The translations under genes were made by a program, and so were the position numbers. Below are positions 39,240-48,728 of a stretch of 64,000 nucleotides of DNA, piece by piece. Source of the DNA: Nitrospinales bacterium (lineage in GTDB: Bacteria; Nitrospinota; Nitrospinia; Nitrospinales; VA-1); the NCBI GenBank assembly GCA_965223345.1, contig CBDCWG010000012.1, forward strand, positions 1,472,001 through 1,536,000. The letters are read 5' to 3'. The number at the start of each line of letters is the position of its first letter. The stretch's first letter is position 1. Under the pieces are notes generated by a model, which was not told the origin of the DNA, did not search any database, and saw only the letters and a program-made list of their open reading frames with translations.

Positions 39240-39956
39240 ATGAAAACAGACATCCAAAATTCCATTTTTGAGTTGCCTGAACTGCGGGACAGAAAGTACG
39301 TGTTCCGCAACCGCCACCATGCGGGGAAAGTACTGGCAGACATGCTGGAAGCGTATGCGGGAAGCAATGCGCTTGTGCTGGGAATTCCATCGGGAGGTGT
39401 TCCAATCGCATCGGTGATCGCTCAAAGGCTCAACCTGGAGCTGGATGCCGCTGTGGCCAACAAAATCACACCAAGCTGGAACTCCGAATGGGGCTATGGG
39501 GCGGTGGCATTCGACGGCACGCTGTGGATGGATTCCGGCATGAGCGAAGCCGCCGGTTTGAGTGAGGAAGAAATCGCCGAAGGGACGAGGCGAACGCTGG
39601 AAAAAGTGGCGCGCCGGAACCGGGTGATACGGGGAAACCGGCCTTTTCCCGATTGCCGGGACCGGACGGTGATTCTGGTGGACGATGGGGTCGCCTCCGG
39701 GGTCACTCTGCAAGCCGCCCTGCAAGCGATTCGCAAGGCCGGCGCCGGTAAGATCATCGTTGCCGTTCCGACTGGGCACGCAGGCCCCATAGGGGAGGTG
39801 GCTGAACAGGTGGATGCTGTGTATTGCCCGAACATCCGCAGTGGCTACACCTTTGCGGTGGCGGAGGCCTATGAATTCTGGAGCAACCTGGATGAGCACA
39901 TCGCCGCTGCTGTTTTGCAGGAGTTTCAGAAGAGATACTTTCCCGCTCAACCGTGA
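39240..39956 (+). CDS. Phosphoribosyltransferase-family protein
   Basis: FRNR.HAG, GGVP, VILVDDGVASG PRPP motif. Confidence 0.9.
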   Translation: MKTDIQNSIFELPELRDRKYVFRNRHHAGKVLADMLEAYAGSNALVLGIPSGGVPIASVIAQRLNLELDAAVANKITPSWNSEWGYGAVAFDGTLWMDSGMSEAAGLSEEEIAEGTRRTLEKVARRNRVIRGNRPFPDCRDRTVILVDDGVASGVTLQAALQAIRKAGAGKIIVAVPTGHAGPIGEVAEQVDAVYCPNIRSGYTFAVAEAYEFWSNLDEHIAAAVLQEFQKRYFPAQP

Positions 39957-40117
39957 ATCCCCCTTTGCACCCTTGGCGAAGAAACGATTCTGTAGGGCTG
40001 CGAAGGGGGATTTTTATAGAGGAGAAGTCATTCCGCCCTCAGCCTGCTGTGGTGATTCATGACCCTCAAGCGCCTTCCTGGCTTTATTCAGTGCCTTCTA
40101 CTCCAGGTTGTTTCGCC

Positions 40118-41272
40118 TCATCGTTTTTTAATCTCGATGGGTTCCTGAATTCCTGTTGTTTTTGCGATATTGCACAGGCGTTCCAACTGCACCTTGGATA
40201 TTTTCTGACCTGCAGAAAGAAGGAGGCTTCCATCGTTGTTTTTGATATCGGATAAAATCATGTCTCCTGGCCGGAGGTCATCAAGGAATACGGAGATGGA
40301 GGCCTTGGTCAAATCCAATTCCCCTGTTTTTTGATCGGAAAGAAAACAAATTACTTTTTTAATAATATTCTGGTCATACCAGTCCGTTCGACTTTTTAAT
40401 GTTTCGATGATCTCTTCTCTTGTGGCGTTATTGGATTCCATTTCGACGAGATCGGAAAATATCTTGATCATTTGTGCGCCCAATGGAATTTCTTTCCCAG
40501 ATACTGAATCTTCCGGAAAACCGGATCCGTCAAACCTCTTATTTTGATATAAGATAATTTTTGAAACCGGTTTCAAGCGCGGAATATGCTCGAGAAGGCG
40601 CCCGCCAAACTCTGGAACCTGGTCTAAAATTTCTTTTTCAGAAGGTGAAAGTTTCTGTTGCTTCTGGGCCTTCACCAAAAGATCGGGAGGGACACTCAGG
40701 TATCCGATTTGGGAAAGCAGGGAAGCGATTTCAAATTCCCATGAAAGCGGAATATTCAAGTATTCACTGAATTCCTGAATTTGGTCCCGAAGTCGCGTTG
40801 ACTTGCCGAACAAATCATTATCGAATACAGAAAGAATTTCTGTCAGCATGGTGACGCTTCCAGCCAATGTTTTTTCAAGAAGTTCTTTTTCCGCGTTGAT
40901 CAGACGATACTGATCAATTCCGGCGGTCAAGACTTGCCCCAATTTTTCAGGAGAACAGGGTTTTGTCAGGAACCGGAAAATATTACCCTCGTTAATCGCC
41001 TCAATCGCCGTTTGCTGATCTGCGTTTCCGGTCAACATGATGCGCACCGTATCTGCGTTTTTTTGTTTGACTTGAGCGAGGAACTGAATCCCGTTCATTT
41101 CGGGCATTTGCATGTCCGAAACAACGACGGCGAACGGGCCATTGGCGGAAAGCGCTTTTAATCCTTCTTCGGGACCCAGGGCGGTTTCGATGTCGAATTT
41201 ATTGCGTAAACTCCTCTTATAGCCTTGGAGAACATTCAGTTCGTCATCAACCAAAAGAATTTTTTCCGTCAT
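40118..41272 (-). CDS. Response regulator with degenerate HD-GYP-like domain
   Basis: REC; LLSQIG in place of LLHDIG; YQNKRFDGSGFP. Confidence 0.85.
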   Translation of the reverse strand: MTEKILLVDDELNVLQGYKRSLRNKFDIETALGPEEGLKALSANGPFAVVVSDMQMPEMNGIQFLAQVKQKNADTVRIMLTGNADQQTAIEAINEGNIFRFLTKPCSPEKLGQVLTAGIDQYRLINAEKELLEKTLAGSVTMLTEILSVFDNDLFGKSTRLRDQIQEFSEYLNIPLSWEFEIASLLSQIGYLSVPPDLLVKAQKQQKLSPSEKEILDQVPEFGGRLLEHIPRLKPVSKIILYQNKRFDGSGFPEDSVSGKEIPLGAQMIKIFSDLVEMESNNATREEIIETLKSRTDWYDQNIIKKVICFLSDQKTGELDLTKASISVFLDDLRPGDMILSDIKNNDGSLLLSAGQKISKVQLERLCNIAKTTGIQEPIEIKKR

Positions 41273-41325
41273 GATTTTTACCCTAGATGATGTGCTGATC
41301 TGTATGTATTGTCATTACAACCGGG

Positions 41326-41778
41326 TTAAGCAGACATGGAACGTGCAAAAACTTCCAGCTGCTGGTTTGCCCTCTTGAGGTCGTTCTGCAATTCTATAAT
41401 TCGAAAACCAACCTGGATGCGCGCTATCAATTCTCGAGCGTCACAAGGTTTGGTTATAAAATCGTCCGCGCCTTTTTCCAGCGCTTCAACCGTTTTTTCC
41501 ACTCCCTGTTTGCCGGTCAGAAAGATAATATAGTTATTGTTCAATTCCCCTTCTTCTTCCAATTTACGGATTTGGTGGCATAAATCCAATCCATCCATCC
41601 CTGGCATATTCCAATCCGTTACGATTACCTTGGGAGACGGGTTGTTCATGGACTGGAGAGCTTCTAAAGCGCTGGAAAAATAGGATGTCTGCCATTTATC
41701 CTGCTCCGAATGCAGTGCTCTTTTCATGCTGCTCAAAACATTTGGGTCATCATCGACAAATAGGATCTGCCTTAACAT
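41326..41778 (-). CDS. Receiver + coiled coil, possibly a truncated diguanylate cyclase/kinase
   Basis: DWNMPGMDG, GADDFITKP, ELIARI...ELQNDL..AN..LE then stop. Confidence 0.75.
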   Translation of the reverse strand: MLRQILFVDDDPNVLSSMKRALHSEQDKWQTSYFSSALEALQSMNNPSPKVIVTDWNMPGMDGLDLCHQIRKLEEEGELNNNYIIFLTGKQGVEKTVEALEKGADDFITKPCDARELIARIQVGFRIIELQNDLKRANQQLEVFARSMSA

Positions 41779-41817
41779 AGGGATCACTCCTGTGTGTTTG
41801 TGCAAGTGCTATCGATG

Positions 41818-43038
41818 TTATTTATCGGTGTATTCAGATGTATTTCCCTGGCAAATTTCTCTCCAGACGGGCACACGGTCTAAAAGGCCGATTTTTTTAA
41901 TATAGTTTTCATCAAGCTCTGAAGATCGGCGATCGTTTTGATCCCCGTCTATTTCATGAGCCAGAACATTGGCCACATGAATGGCAACCAATGGGGTCAG
42001 TGTCTGGCACTCACTCTGGGAAGGAAAATGATGATAGGCGACCGCTTCGACAAGAGGATCCGGAAACCCCCAAAGGCCTAACAAATATGCGCTCAACTGA
42101 TCGTGCGTGATATTCAGAATACTCTGTTCCGCCTGGCATATTTGCACCGAATTGGCTTGTGCAAATGAAAGCACTTCCTGGTATTTATCTGGAAGATAGT
42201 AAGCAATTAATATTTTCCCGATGTCATGCAGCATCGCTCCGGTGATAACGTAGCTTTTAAATGCTTCGCTCGTGTCTTCAGCTTCTGCAATATTCACGGC
42301 ATATTTTCTTACCGTCATGCTGTGATTCCAGATTTTGTCCAATGACAAATCTGTTAATTTATTTTGCTCGAACTTTGAAAAAATTTGATACGAGAGGACC
42401 AGGCTCTGAATCATATCCATACCCAAAATTTGGACTGCATGCTCCACGGTCAACACTTTTTGGGAAGAACCAAAAAACGCCGAGTTCGCCAATTGCAGGA
42501 TTTTGGCAGACATCCCGATGTCCTTGGAAATGATTTTGCCCACGTTCTCCAGGGAATATTCCTCGGAATTCAATTCCTCTGTTAATTCGCTATACAACTC
42601 GGGCAGTATGGGGATGGATTCTATCCGGGACACCAGTTTTTCCAGATCCTTGCTGCTCAATAGTTTCTGCAAGGAGAAGGCTCGGTCCACCGTTGACTTC
42701 AGCAATTGAAAATCGCAAGGTTTGGATAAAAACTGATGCATGAAACTTGCCGCCTGCAGGAATCCATGTTCATCAGCCTGGCCGGATAAAATGATACGGA
42801 TGGTGTCAGGAAAATTATTTTTTACTTCCTTAAGAAGTTGAGCGCCATCCATTCCAGGCATGCGCATATCGCTCACCACCATGTCCATGGGGTCTTCCCC
42901 CATTATTTCGAGTGCTTGCTGCCCACTTTCGGCAAAGTCCGTATCCCATTCGTTTCGCATTTTGCGCAGCATGCGACGGAATCCTTGAAGAATGACCGGG
43001 TCATCGTCAACGAATAAAATTTTCTTTTTTCTATTCAT
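41818..43038 (-). CDS. REC-HDOD signalling protein
   Basis: REC; LP..., D..MSAKIL.LANSAFFG, HS, LHDIG, WGFP..LVEAVAYHH. Confidence 0.9.
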   Translation of the reverse strand: MNRKKKILFVDDDPVILQGFRRMLRKMRNEWDTDFAESGQQALEIMGEDPMDMVVSDMRMPGMDGAQLLKEVKNNFPDTIRIILSGQADEHGFLQAASFMHQFLSKPCDFQLLKSTVDRAFSLQKLLSSKDLEKLVSRIESIPILPELYSELTEELNSEEYSLENVGKIISKDIGMSAKILQLANSAFFGSSQKVLTVEHAVQILGMDMIQSLVLSYQIFSKFEQNKLTDLSLDKIWNHSMTVRKYAVNIAEAEDTSEAFKSYVITGAMLHDIGKILIAYYLPDKYQEVLSFAQANSVQICQAEQSILNITHDQLSAYLLGLWGFPDPLVEAVAYHHFPSQSECQTLTPLVAIHVANVLAHEIDGDQNDRRSSELDENYIKKIGLLDRVPVWREICQGNTSEYTDK

Positions 43039-43151
43039 TTAATTATTATTCCCTCTTTGACGGACGTCTTGGAATGAGAAACGATAAATCCACAGTTGAT
43101 TTTGACGTATTGCCCGAATCTTCACAGTTTTGATTGAAGGATCGCGATGTT

Positions 43152-45167
43152 TCATTTCTTTTCTGCCGAGATGGGAAACCGAAAAATAAAAGTGGTTCCT
43201 TTCCCCTCATCGGTTCCGAGGTTGACGGTTCCGCCATGCTTTTTGACGACGATCGAGTGCACGATGGAAAGCCCCTGTCCCGTTCCCTTGCCGACTTCTT
43301 TCGTGGTGAAAAAGGGATCGAAGATTTTGGATTGGATGCTCTCGGGAATCCCGGGCCCGTTATCCTGGATGCGGATTTCCGCCCAGTCCCCGTCCTTTTT
43401 CGTGCTGATCGCGATGGTTCCCTTGTCGCCTGAGTTTTTGACTTTCTCCGCAATGGCATGCGCCGCATTGACCACCACGTTCAATATGACCTGATTGAAG
43501 TCATTGGCAAAGCAGGGGATGGGAGGGAGGCCGGGATCGAAATCCTTTTCTATTTCCGCAAAGTATTTCCATTCGTTCCTGGCAACCGTCAGCGTGGTTT
43601 CAATCGCCTGGTTGATGTCCATCGGAACTTTCTCTTCCGAACCGGGGTGAGAAAATTCCTTCATGGCCTTGATGATCTTGGTGACGCGCTCGACACCTTC
43701 TAAGGATTGCTTGATGGCCAGGGGGATCTCCTCGGAAAGATAATCCATATCGCTGCTTTCCAGGGAAGATTCCACCTGCTGCATCACATTCTCTGAGACA
43801 GCTCCCTTTTTGCATTCCTTGCGCAATTGTTCGTGCGCGTCGATGGCCCCAAACAGCTGATGGAAGGATTCCTCCAGAAACCGGGTGTTGTCTCCGATGA
43901 ATTGCATCGGTGTGTTGATCTCATGCGCCATGCCTGCTGCCAATTGGCCGATCGACTCCATCTTCTGGGAATGATTCAACTGCGCCTGCATCTGTTTCTG
44001 CTCGGTGATGTCCTTGAAAGTGACCACGGTTCCGATAATGATATCTCCGTCGATTATTGGGTTGCTTATATACTCGACCGGAAAACTGGAACCGTCTTTT
44101 TTCCAGAACACCTCACTCGTGGTGCGGGTAACCTTTCCGCTGTGAAATGTGGTGTAGATGGGGCATTCTTCTTTTGAGTAAGGAGACCCATCGGTTTTGC
44201 TGTGATGGGTGATATCGTGCATTGTTTTTCCAATCAGTTCTTCCGGTTCATAGCCAAACATTTTTGCAGCAACAGGATTGATGAAAGTTGTTTTTCCTTC
44301 ATAATCCAAGCCGAAAATACCTTCTCCGGCAGAGTTCAAAATCATTTCCATCTGTTTATGCAAATCTTCCAGCAATTCTTCCGACTTTTTCCTTTCGCTG
44401 ATATCCCGTATCGCCCCCATGAAAGAACGGGTCTCACCGAACGAAAACTCGCTCAGCGATATTTCAAGAGGAAACACCTCGCCTCCTTTTCGAACACCTT
44501 CGAACTCGCGGACAGCTCCAAGGAGTCTCTTTTTACCTGTCTTAAGGTATTTTTCTATGTAGCCGTCGTGCCGATTTCTGTGGTGTTCCGGCATTAAGAT
44601 CTTGACATTTTTCCCAATGATTTCATCTTTTGAATACCCGAATATCTTTTCAGCAGAACGAGTGAATGATTCTATGATGCCACGCTCGTTGATTATGACC
44701 ATGCCATCCATCGCATTATCAAACAGGGACTGAAGTCGGCTTTCACTTTCGAGAAGGGCTTGTCTGGTCTGTTTGTGTTTGGCATGGATGGCGTTCACCA
44801 CGGCGTTGTGAAGATATTCAGAGGTGAACTTGCTTTTGACGACGTAATCTTTCGCCCCTCTCTTCATGGCTTCGACGGCAATCGATTCATCCCCTTGTCC
44901 CGTGAGCATGATCACAGCCTCGGAATATCCTTCTGCATTCATATGAGAAAGAAACTCGAGCCCGTTCATATCCGGAAGTAAATAATCAAGGAGAATGCAA
45001 TCTGGAGTCTCCTCTTTCAAAACATTCAATCCTTGACGGCCTGTCTGGCATTGCAAAAATTCATATTCAGACTTAAACCCCTGCGTCAAAAGACGCATGA
45101 TGATCTCCCGATCTGCAGGATTGTCTTCCACAATAAGAATTTTCAGAATATTTGTCTGATTTATCAT
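43152..45167 (-). CDS. REC-PAS-PAS histidine kinase
   Basis: REC, FixL-like PAS (HDGYI.KYL), second PAS, AHEINTP, DNGPG, FFTTKEVGKGTGQGL. Confidence 0.92.
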   Translation of the reverse strand: MINQTNILKILIVEDNPADREIIMRLLTQGFKSEYEFLQCQTGRQGLNVLKEETPDCILLDYLLPDMNGLEFLSHMNAEGYSEAVIMLTGQGDESIAVEAMKRGAKDYVVKSKFTSEYLHNAVVNAIHAKHKQTRQALLESESRLQSLFDNAMDGMVIINERGIIESFTRSAEKIFGYSKDEIIGKNVKILMPEHHRNRHDGYIEKYLKTGKKRLLGAVREFEGVRKGGEVFPLEISLSEFSFGETRSFMGAIRDISERKKSEELLEDLHKQMEMILNSAGEGIFGLDYEGKTTFINPVAAKMFGYEPEELIGKTMHDITHHSKTDGSPYSKEECPIYTTFHSGKVTRTTSEVFWKKDGSSFPVEYISNPIIDGDIIIGTVVTFKDITEQKQMQAQLNHSQKMESIGQLAAGMAHEINTPMQFIGDNTRFLEESFHQLFGAIDAHEQLRKECKKGAVSENVMQQVESSLESSDMDYLSEEIPLAIKQSLEGVERVTKIIKAMKEFSHPGSEEKVPMDINQAIETTLTVARNEWKYFAEIEKDFDPGLPPIPCFANDFNQVILNVVVNAAHAIAEKVKNSGDKGTIAISTKKDGDWAEIRIQDNGPGIPESIQSKIFDPFFTTKEVGKGTGQGLSIVHSIVVKKHGGTVNLGTDEGKGTTFIFRFPISAEKK
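43164..44012. repeat. Direct repeat copy 1 (kinase module); copy 2 at 45219-46067
   Basis: Near-identical about 850 bp at offset 2055. Confidence 0.95.
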
Positions 45168-45206
45168 TTCTAAAACCAGTCCTGATTGTTAATGCATCCT
45201 GTTGTA

Positions 45207-47912
45207 CTAATCCTTGTTTGCCGAGATGGGAAACCGAAAAATAAAAGTGGTTCCTTTCCCCTCATCGGTTTCTAGGTTGACGGTTCCGCCATGCTTTTTG
45301 ACGACGATCGAGTGCACGATGGAAAGCCCCTGTCCCGTTCCCTTGCCGACTTCTTTCGTGGTGAAAAAGGGATCGAAGATTTTGGATTGGATGCTCTCGG
45401 GAATCCCGGGCCCGTTATCCTGGATGCGGATTTCCGCCCAGTCCCCGTCCTTTTTCGTGCTGATCGCGATGGTTCCCTTGTCGCCTGAGTTTTTGACTTT
45501 CTCCGCAATGGCATGCGCCGCATTGACCACCACGTTCAATATGACCTGATTGAAGTCATTGGCAAAGCAGGGGACGGGAGGGAGGCCGGGATCGAAATCT
45601 TTCTCTATTTCCGCGATGTATTTCCATTCGTTCCTGGCAACCGTCAGCGTGGTCTCGATCGCCTGGTTGATGTCCATCGAAACTTTCTCTTCCGAACCGG
45701 GGTGAGAAAATTCCTTCATGGCCTTGATGATCTTGGTGACGCGCTCGACACCTTCTAAGGATTGCTTGATGGCCAGGGGGATCTCCTCGGAAAGGTAATC
45801 CATATCGCTGCTTTCCAGGGAGGATTCCACCTGCTGCACCACTTTTTCTGAGACCGTTCCCTTTTTGCATTCCTTGCGCAATCGATCGTGCGCGTCGATG
45901 GCCCCAAACAGCTGGTGGAAGGATTCTTCCAGAAACCGGGTGTTGTCTCCGATGAATTGCATCGGGGTGTTGATCTCATGCGCCATGCCCGCCGCCAATT
46001 GGCCGATCGACTCCATCTTCTGGGAATGATTCAACTGCGTCTGCATCTGTTTCTGCTCGGATATGTCGCGGATAAAGGCGTTAAAATGGTAATCATTGCC
46101 CAGCCGAATGGGAGAAAGAGAAATTTCGATGGGAAACTCATTCCCATCCTTATTCAACGCTGACAATTCAATGCGACCGCTCACAATTTTTCTCTTCCCG
46201 GTTTTCAGGAAGTTATTCATCCCCGCCAAATGAGCCTCTCGATATGCCGGAGGAATGATCAATTCCGTTATTGTCTGCCCCAGGGCTTCTTTGCTGGACC
46301 AACCGAATGCCTGTTCCGCCTGAATATTCCATTCGATTATCTTCCCGTTCGAATCTGTGCCAATGAAAGCGTCCGGAGCTGTTTCGACAATCACTTGAGC
46401 CCGGGTTTCGCTTTCTGTCCGTAGGGATATTTCTTTCTTGAGAGTCTTGTTGGATTCTTCCAGTTCCGAAGTGCGCTCTTTGATCCGAAGCTCAAGGCTG
46501 TCATGAGCGTGGCGCAAGTCTTCTTCCGCCTTCTCTTTCGCTTTTTGGATCACCTTCATTCTTTCCAGTGAGTCGTTAAAATCTCCCTTGAGATTGGGCG
46601 GCATGGAGGGCTTTTTGCCTTTCAGAATATTCTCCGAACACTCGATAAATATCTGCAACCCCTGCACGAGCTGGTTGCAGGATTGATTAAGAATGCCGAT
46701 TTCATCTTTTGAGCTGACGACCCGTTTCTTCTGCTTTAAATTTCCGGTGGCGGTGTCCGTTAGAATCCTGGAAATTTCCAGGACCGGTTTGATCACAATC
46801 CTGTTTATATAGATACCCAGGCATATCAGAATGATCAGGGTTGCGATTCCCGTCATTGCCACCGCATGTGTGATATTTCTGTGATTCTTCTTGGCGATCT
46901 TTTCATAAAGATTGGTCAGTTCCGAGCTCAAGTCCCTGAGGTTGTTGGATTTTTCGATGATGTCCTGGCGCGCCAGACGAAAGGGGATGGAATTTGTTTC
47001 CAGTTCCAGAATCGTCTCGACATCCTCTACGAGCTCGTGAAATACGTTTTCAATCTCTGAGATTTTATTTTGCGCGTCTGCGTCTGCAATGGCATGGACT
47101 TTTTTCCATTGGGACAGATTCCTGTCCAGAGGCATTTCCCCACCCAGTTTAATCACCAAAAGGGTAAATTCGAACATGGTTTTTGCGGTGACGTATTGGT
47201 TCAGGTTGACATTCAACTCCGCATTTCCCAGGCCGATGTTTTCGGAATAGACCTGTTTGTAACTTCGAATCCCCAACACATCTCCCAGTTTGACCTTTTT
47301 ATTCTGAAGAGCGCTATGGCAGGAAACGCAAGCCGTGGTGGTGGCTCTGTCTGCGCTGTAAAGCTGGAATGTGAGCTTGCCGTCTTCTTCAAGGATTTTG
47401 CTGAAGTAGGGTTCCGATGAACTATTGAGGAGACGATTTGCTTCTTTATCGAATTCACTCCTCAGGTTTTGATCCGGATTCATCGGATCTTCGGAAATGA
47501 TCGTGGCTGAAAATCCGTTTTTCTCTTCAAAACTCTCGTTCACCATGCGGGTGAACGTGGCCGGAAAGGGGATCGTCGGATGAGGTTCTGAAGCAGGGTC
47601 CATGCTGAGAGGAAAATCATATTTCTCGATAACGGATTGCGTGTATATTTTCCGCATTTCGGTGATGTAGCTGTCCAGATATTTTATTTGTTGCTCCAGA
47701 GTTTTCTTTTGACTCTTGGCCATGGAATAACCAAAAACGGATTGGGCCATCTCTTGGGTCAGCATACGTTGGCGGCCGAGCGCATTGATGATTTCTGCAT
47801 CTTCAGCGGCCGTGGAGAGGGAGTGAAGAATGACTGCCCCTGAGATGAAAATGACGAGGATCAGAATGATGAAAACCGCAAAAAACTTGTGTTTTAAGGA
47901 TAGATTTTTCAT
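45207..47912 (-). CDS. Membrane histidine kinase: PilJ/NarX-like helices + heme-c (DUF3365-like) domain, HAMP, PAS, HisKA/HATPase
   Basis: INALGRQRMLTQ, PFPATF, CVSCH, second TM, SKDEIG.L HAMP, PAS, AHEINTP. Confidence 0.88.
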   Translation of the reverse strand: MKNLSLKHKFFAVFIILILVIFISGAVILHSLSTAAEDAEIINALGRQRMLTQEMAQSVFGYSMAKSQKKTLEQQIKYLDSYITEMRKIYTQSVIEKYDFPLSMDPASEPHPTIPFPATFTRMVNESFEEKNGFSATIISEDPMNPDQNLRSEFDKEANRLLNSSSEPYFSKILEEDGKLTFQLYSADRATTTACVSCHSALQNKKVKLGDVLGIRSYKQVYSENIGLGNAELNVNLNQYVTAKTMFEFTLLVIKLGGEMPLDRNLSQWKKVHAIADADAQNKISEIENVFHELVEDVETILELETNSIPFRLARQDIIEKSNNLRDLSSELTNLYEKIAKKNHRNITHAVAMTGIATLIILICLGIYINRIVIKPVLEISRILTDTATGNLKQKKRVVSSKDEIGILNQSCNQLVQGLQIFIECSENILKGKKPSMPPNLKGDFNDSLERMKVIQKAKEKAEEDLRHAHDSLELRIKERTSELEESNKTLKKEISLRTESETRAQVIVETAPDAFIGTDSNGKIIEWNIQAEQAFGWSSKEALGQTITELIIPPAYREAHLAGMNNFLKTGKRKIVSGRIELSALNKDGNEFPIEISLSPIRLGNDYHFNAFIRDISEQKQMQTQLNHSQKMESIGQLAAGMAHEINTPMQFIGDNTRFLEESFHQLFGAIDAHDRLRKECKKGTVSEKVVQQVESSLESSDMDYLSEEIPLAIKQSLEGVERVTKIIKAMKEFSHPGSEEKVSMDINQAIETTLTVARNEWKYIAEIEKDFDPGLPPVPCFANDFNQVILNVVVNAAHAIAEKVKNSGDKGTIAISTKKDGDWAEIRIQDNGPGIPESIQSKIFDPFFTTKEVGKGTGQGLSIVHSIVVKKHGGTVNLETDEGKGTTFIFRFPISANKD
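45219..46067. repeat. Direct repeat copy 2 (kinase module)
   Basis: Matches 43164-44012. Confidence 0.95.
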
Positions 47913-48728
47913 TTCATCTCATCGATTGATGGCACAGGAAAGGGCCTGCATTTCATATTTATCCGGGCATGGAATGTAAAGATAATTTTAGAATAAGATA
48001 ATAGCGCCATAAAATCAATGGTTTATGTGTTTGTTCCGAATGGGAATCTGGCTGAAAAACGACCATGAAAGGAATTGGCTGCGGGTTTTCAACCCTTTTG
48101 AGTGGAAGAAGCGATCTGAATGGGCCGCTTTCCCGGGACGATGGGCCCGAATTTCAATAAAAATGAGGAAAAAACGGTTCTTCGCGAGGCTTCAACATGG
48201 CAAGGAAGTGAGCTCTGTTCTCATAAGCTCTTGTTGTCAAAGAGGAAGCTTTAGATGGAAAGATAGAAGGGGGCATCCTTCTGAGTCTCGAATTTTGCTG
48301 AACCACCTTTATTGCAAGGGTTTGCCGTTTTTGTGTCCCGCAAAGGCCGATTGCATCCGATCAATCTTATTGTTTTATTGGGACAAAAATTGACATCATC
48401 CGGGGATTGCCTTAGCCTGAATACAATATGGGTAAATGTTAATATTTCTGTGTTGAGTTAAAAGGGCCCGGAATAGAGCCGTTTCGGAAATCCAAGAGAC
48501 GGCGACCCTCCGCATGGTAAATTCGTGGTTTGTGGAATGCCGGGTGCGTCTTCATTGTGATGACACTCCCTGCAAAGAGAAATTAAGTGTGAAGAACACA
48601 AATGGGTAAACGGATCCACAAGCATAGAGTTGTTTGCATTGAATTTTTTTCATCATTGCTGCGTATGCTGTGGTTCGTACCGTACAGGGCTTTTAGAGAA
48701 TGACTTGACAATCAAACGATAGGTACAG

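Noticed and set aside
47913..48728. 122-aa ORF or riboswitch in the long divergent spacer
   Set aside because: No RBS or protein-like composition; no riboswitch consensus recognised
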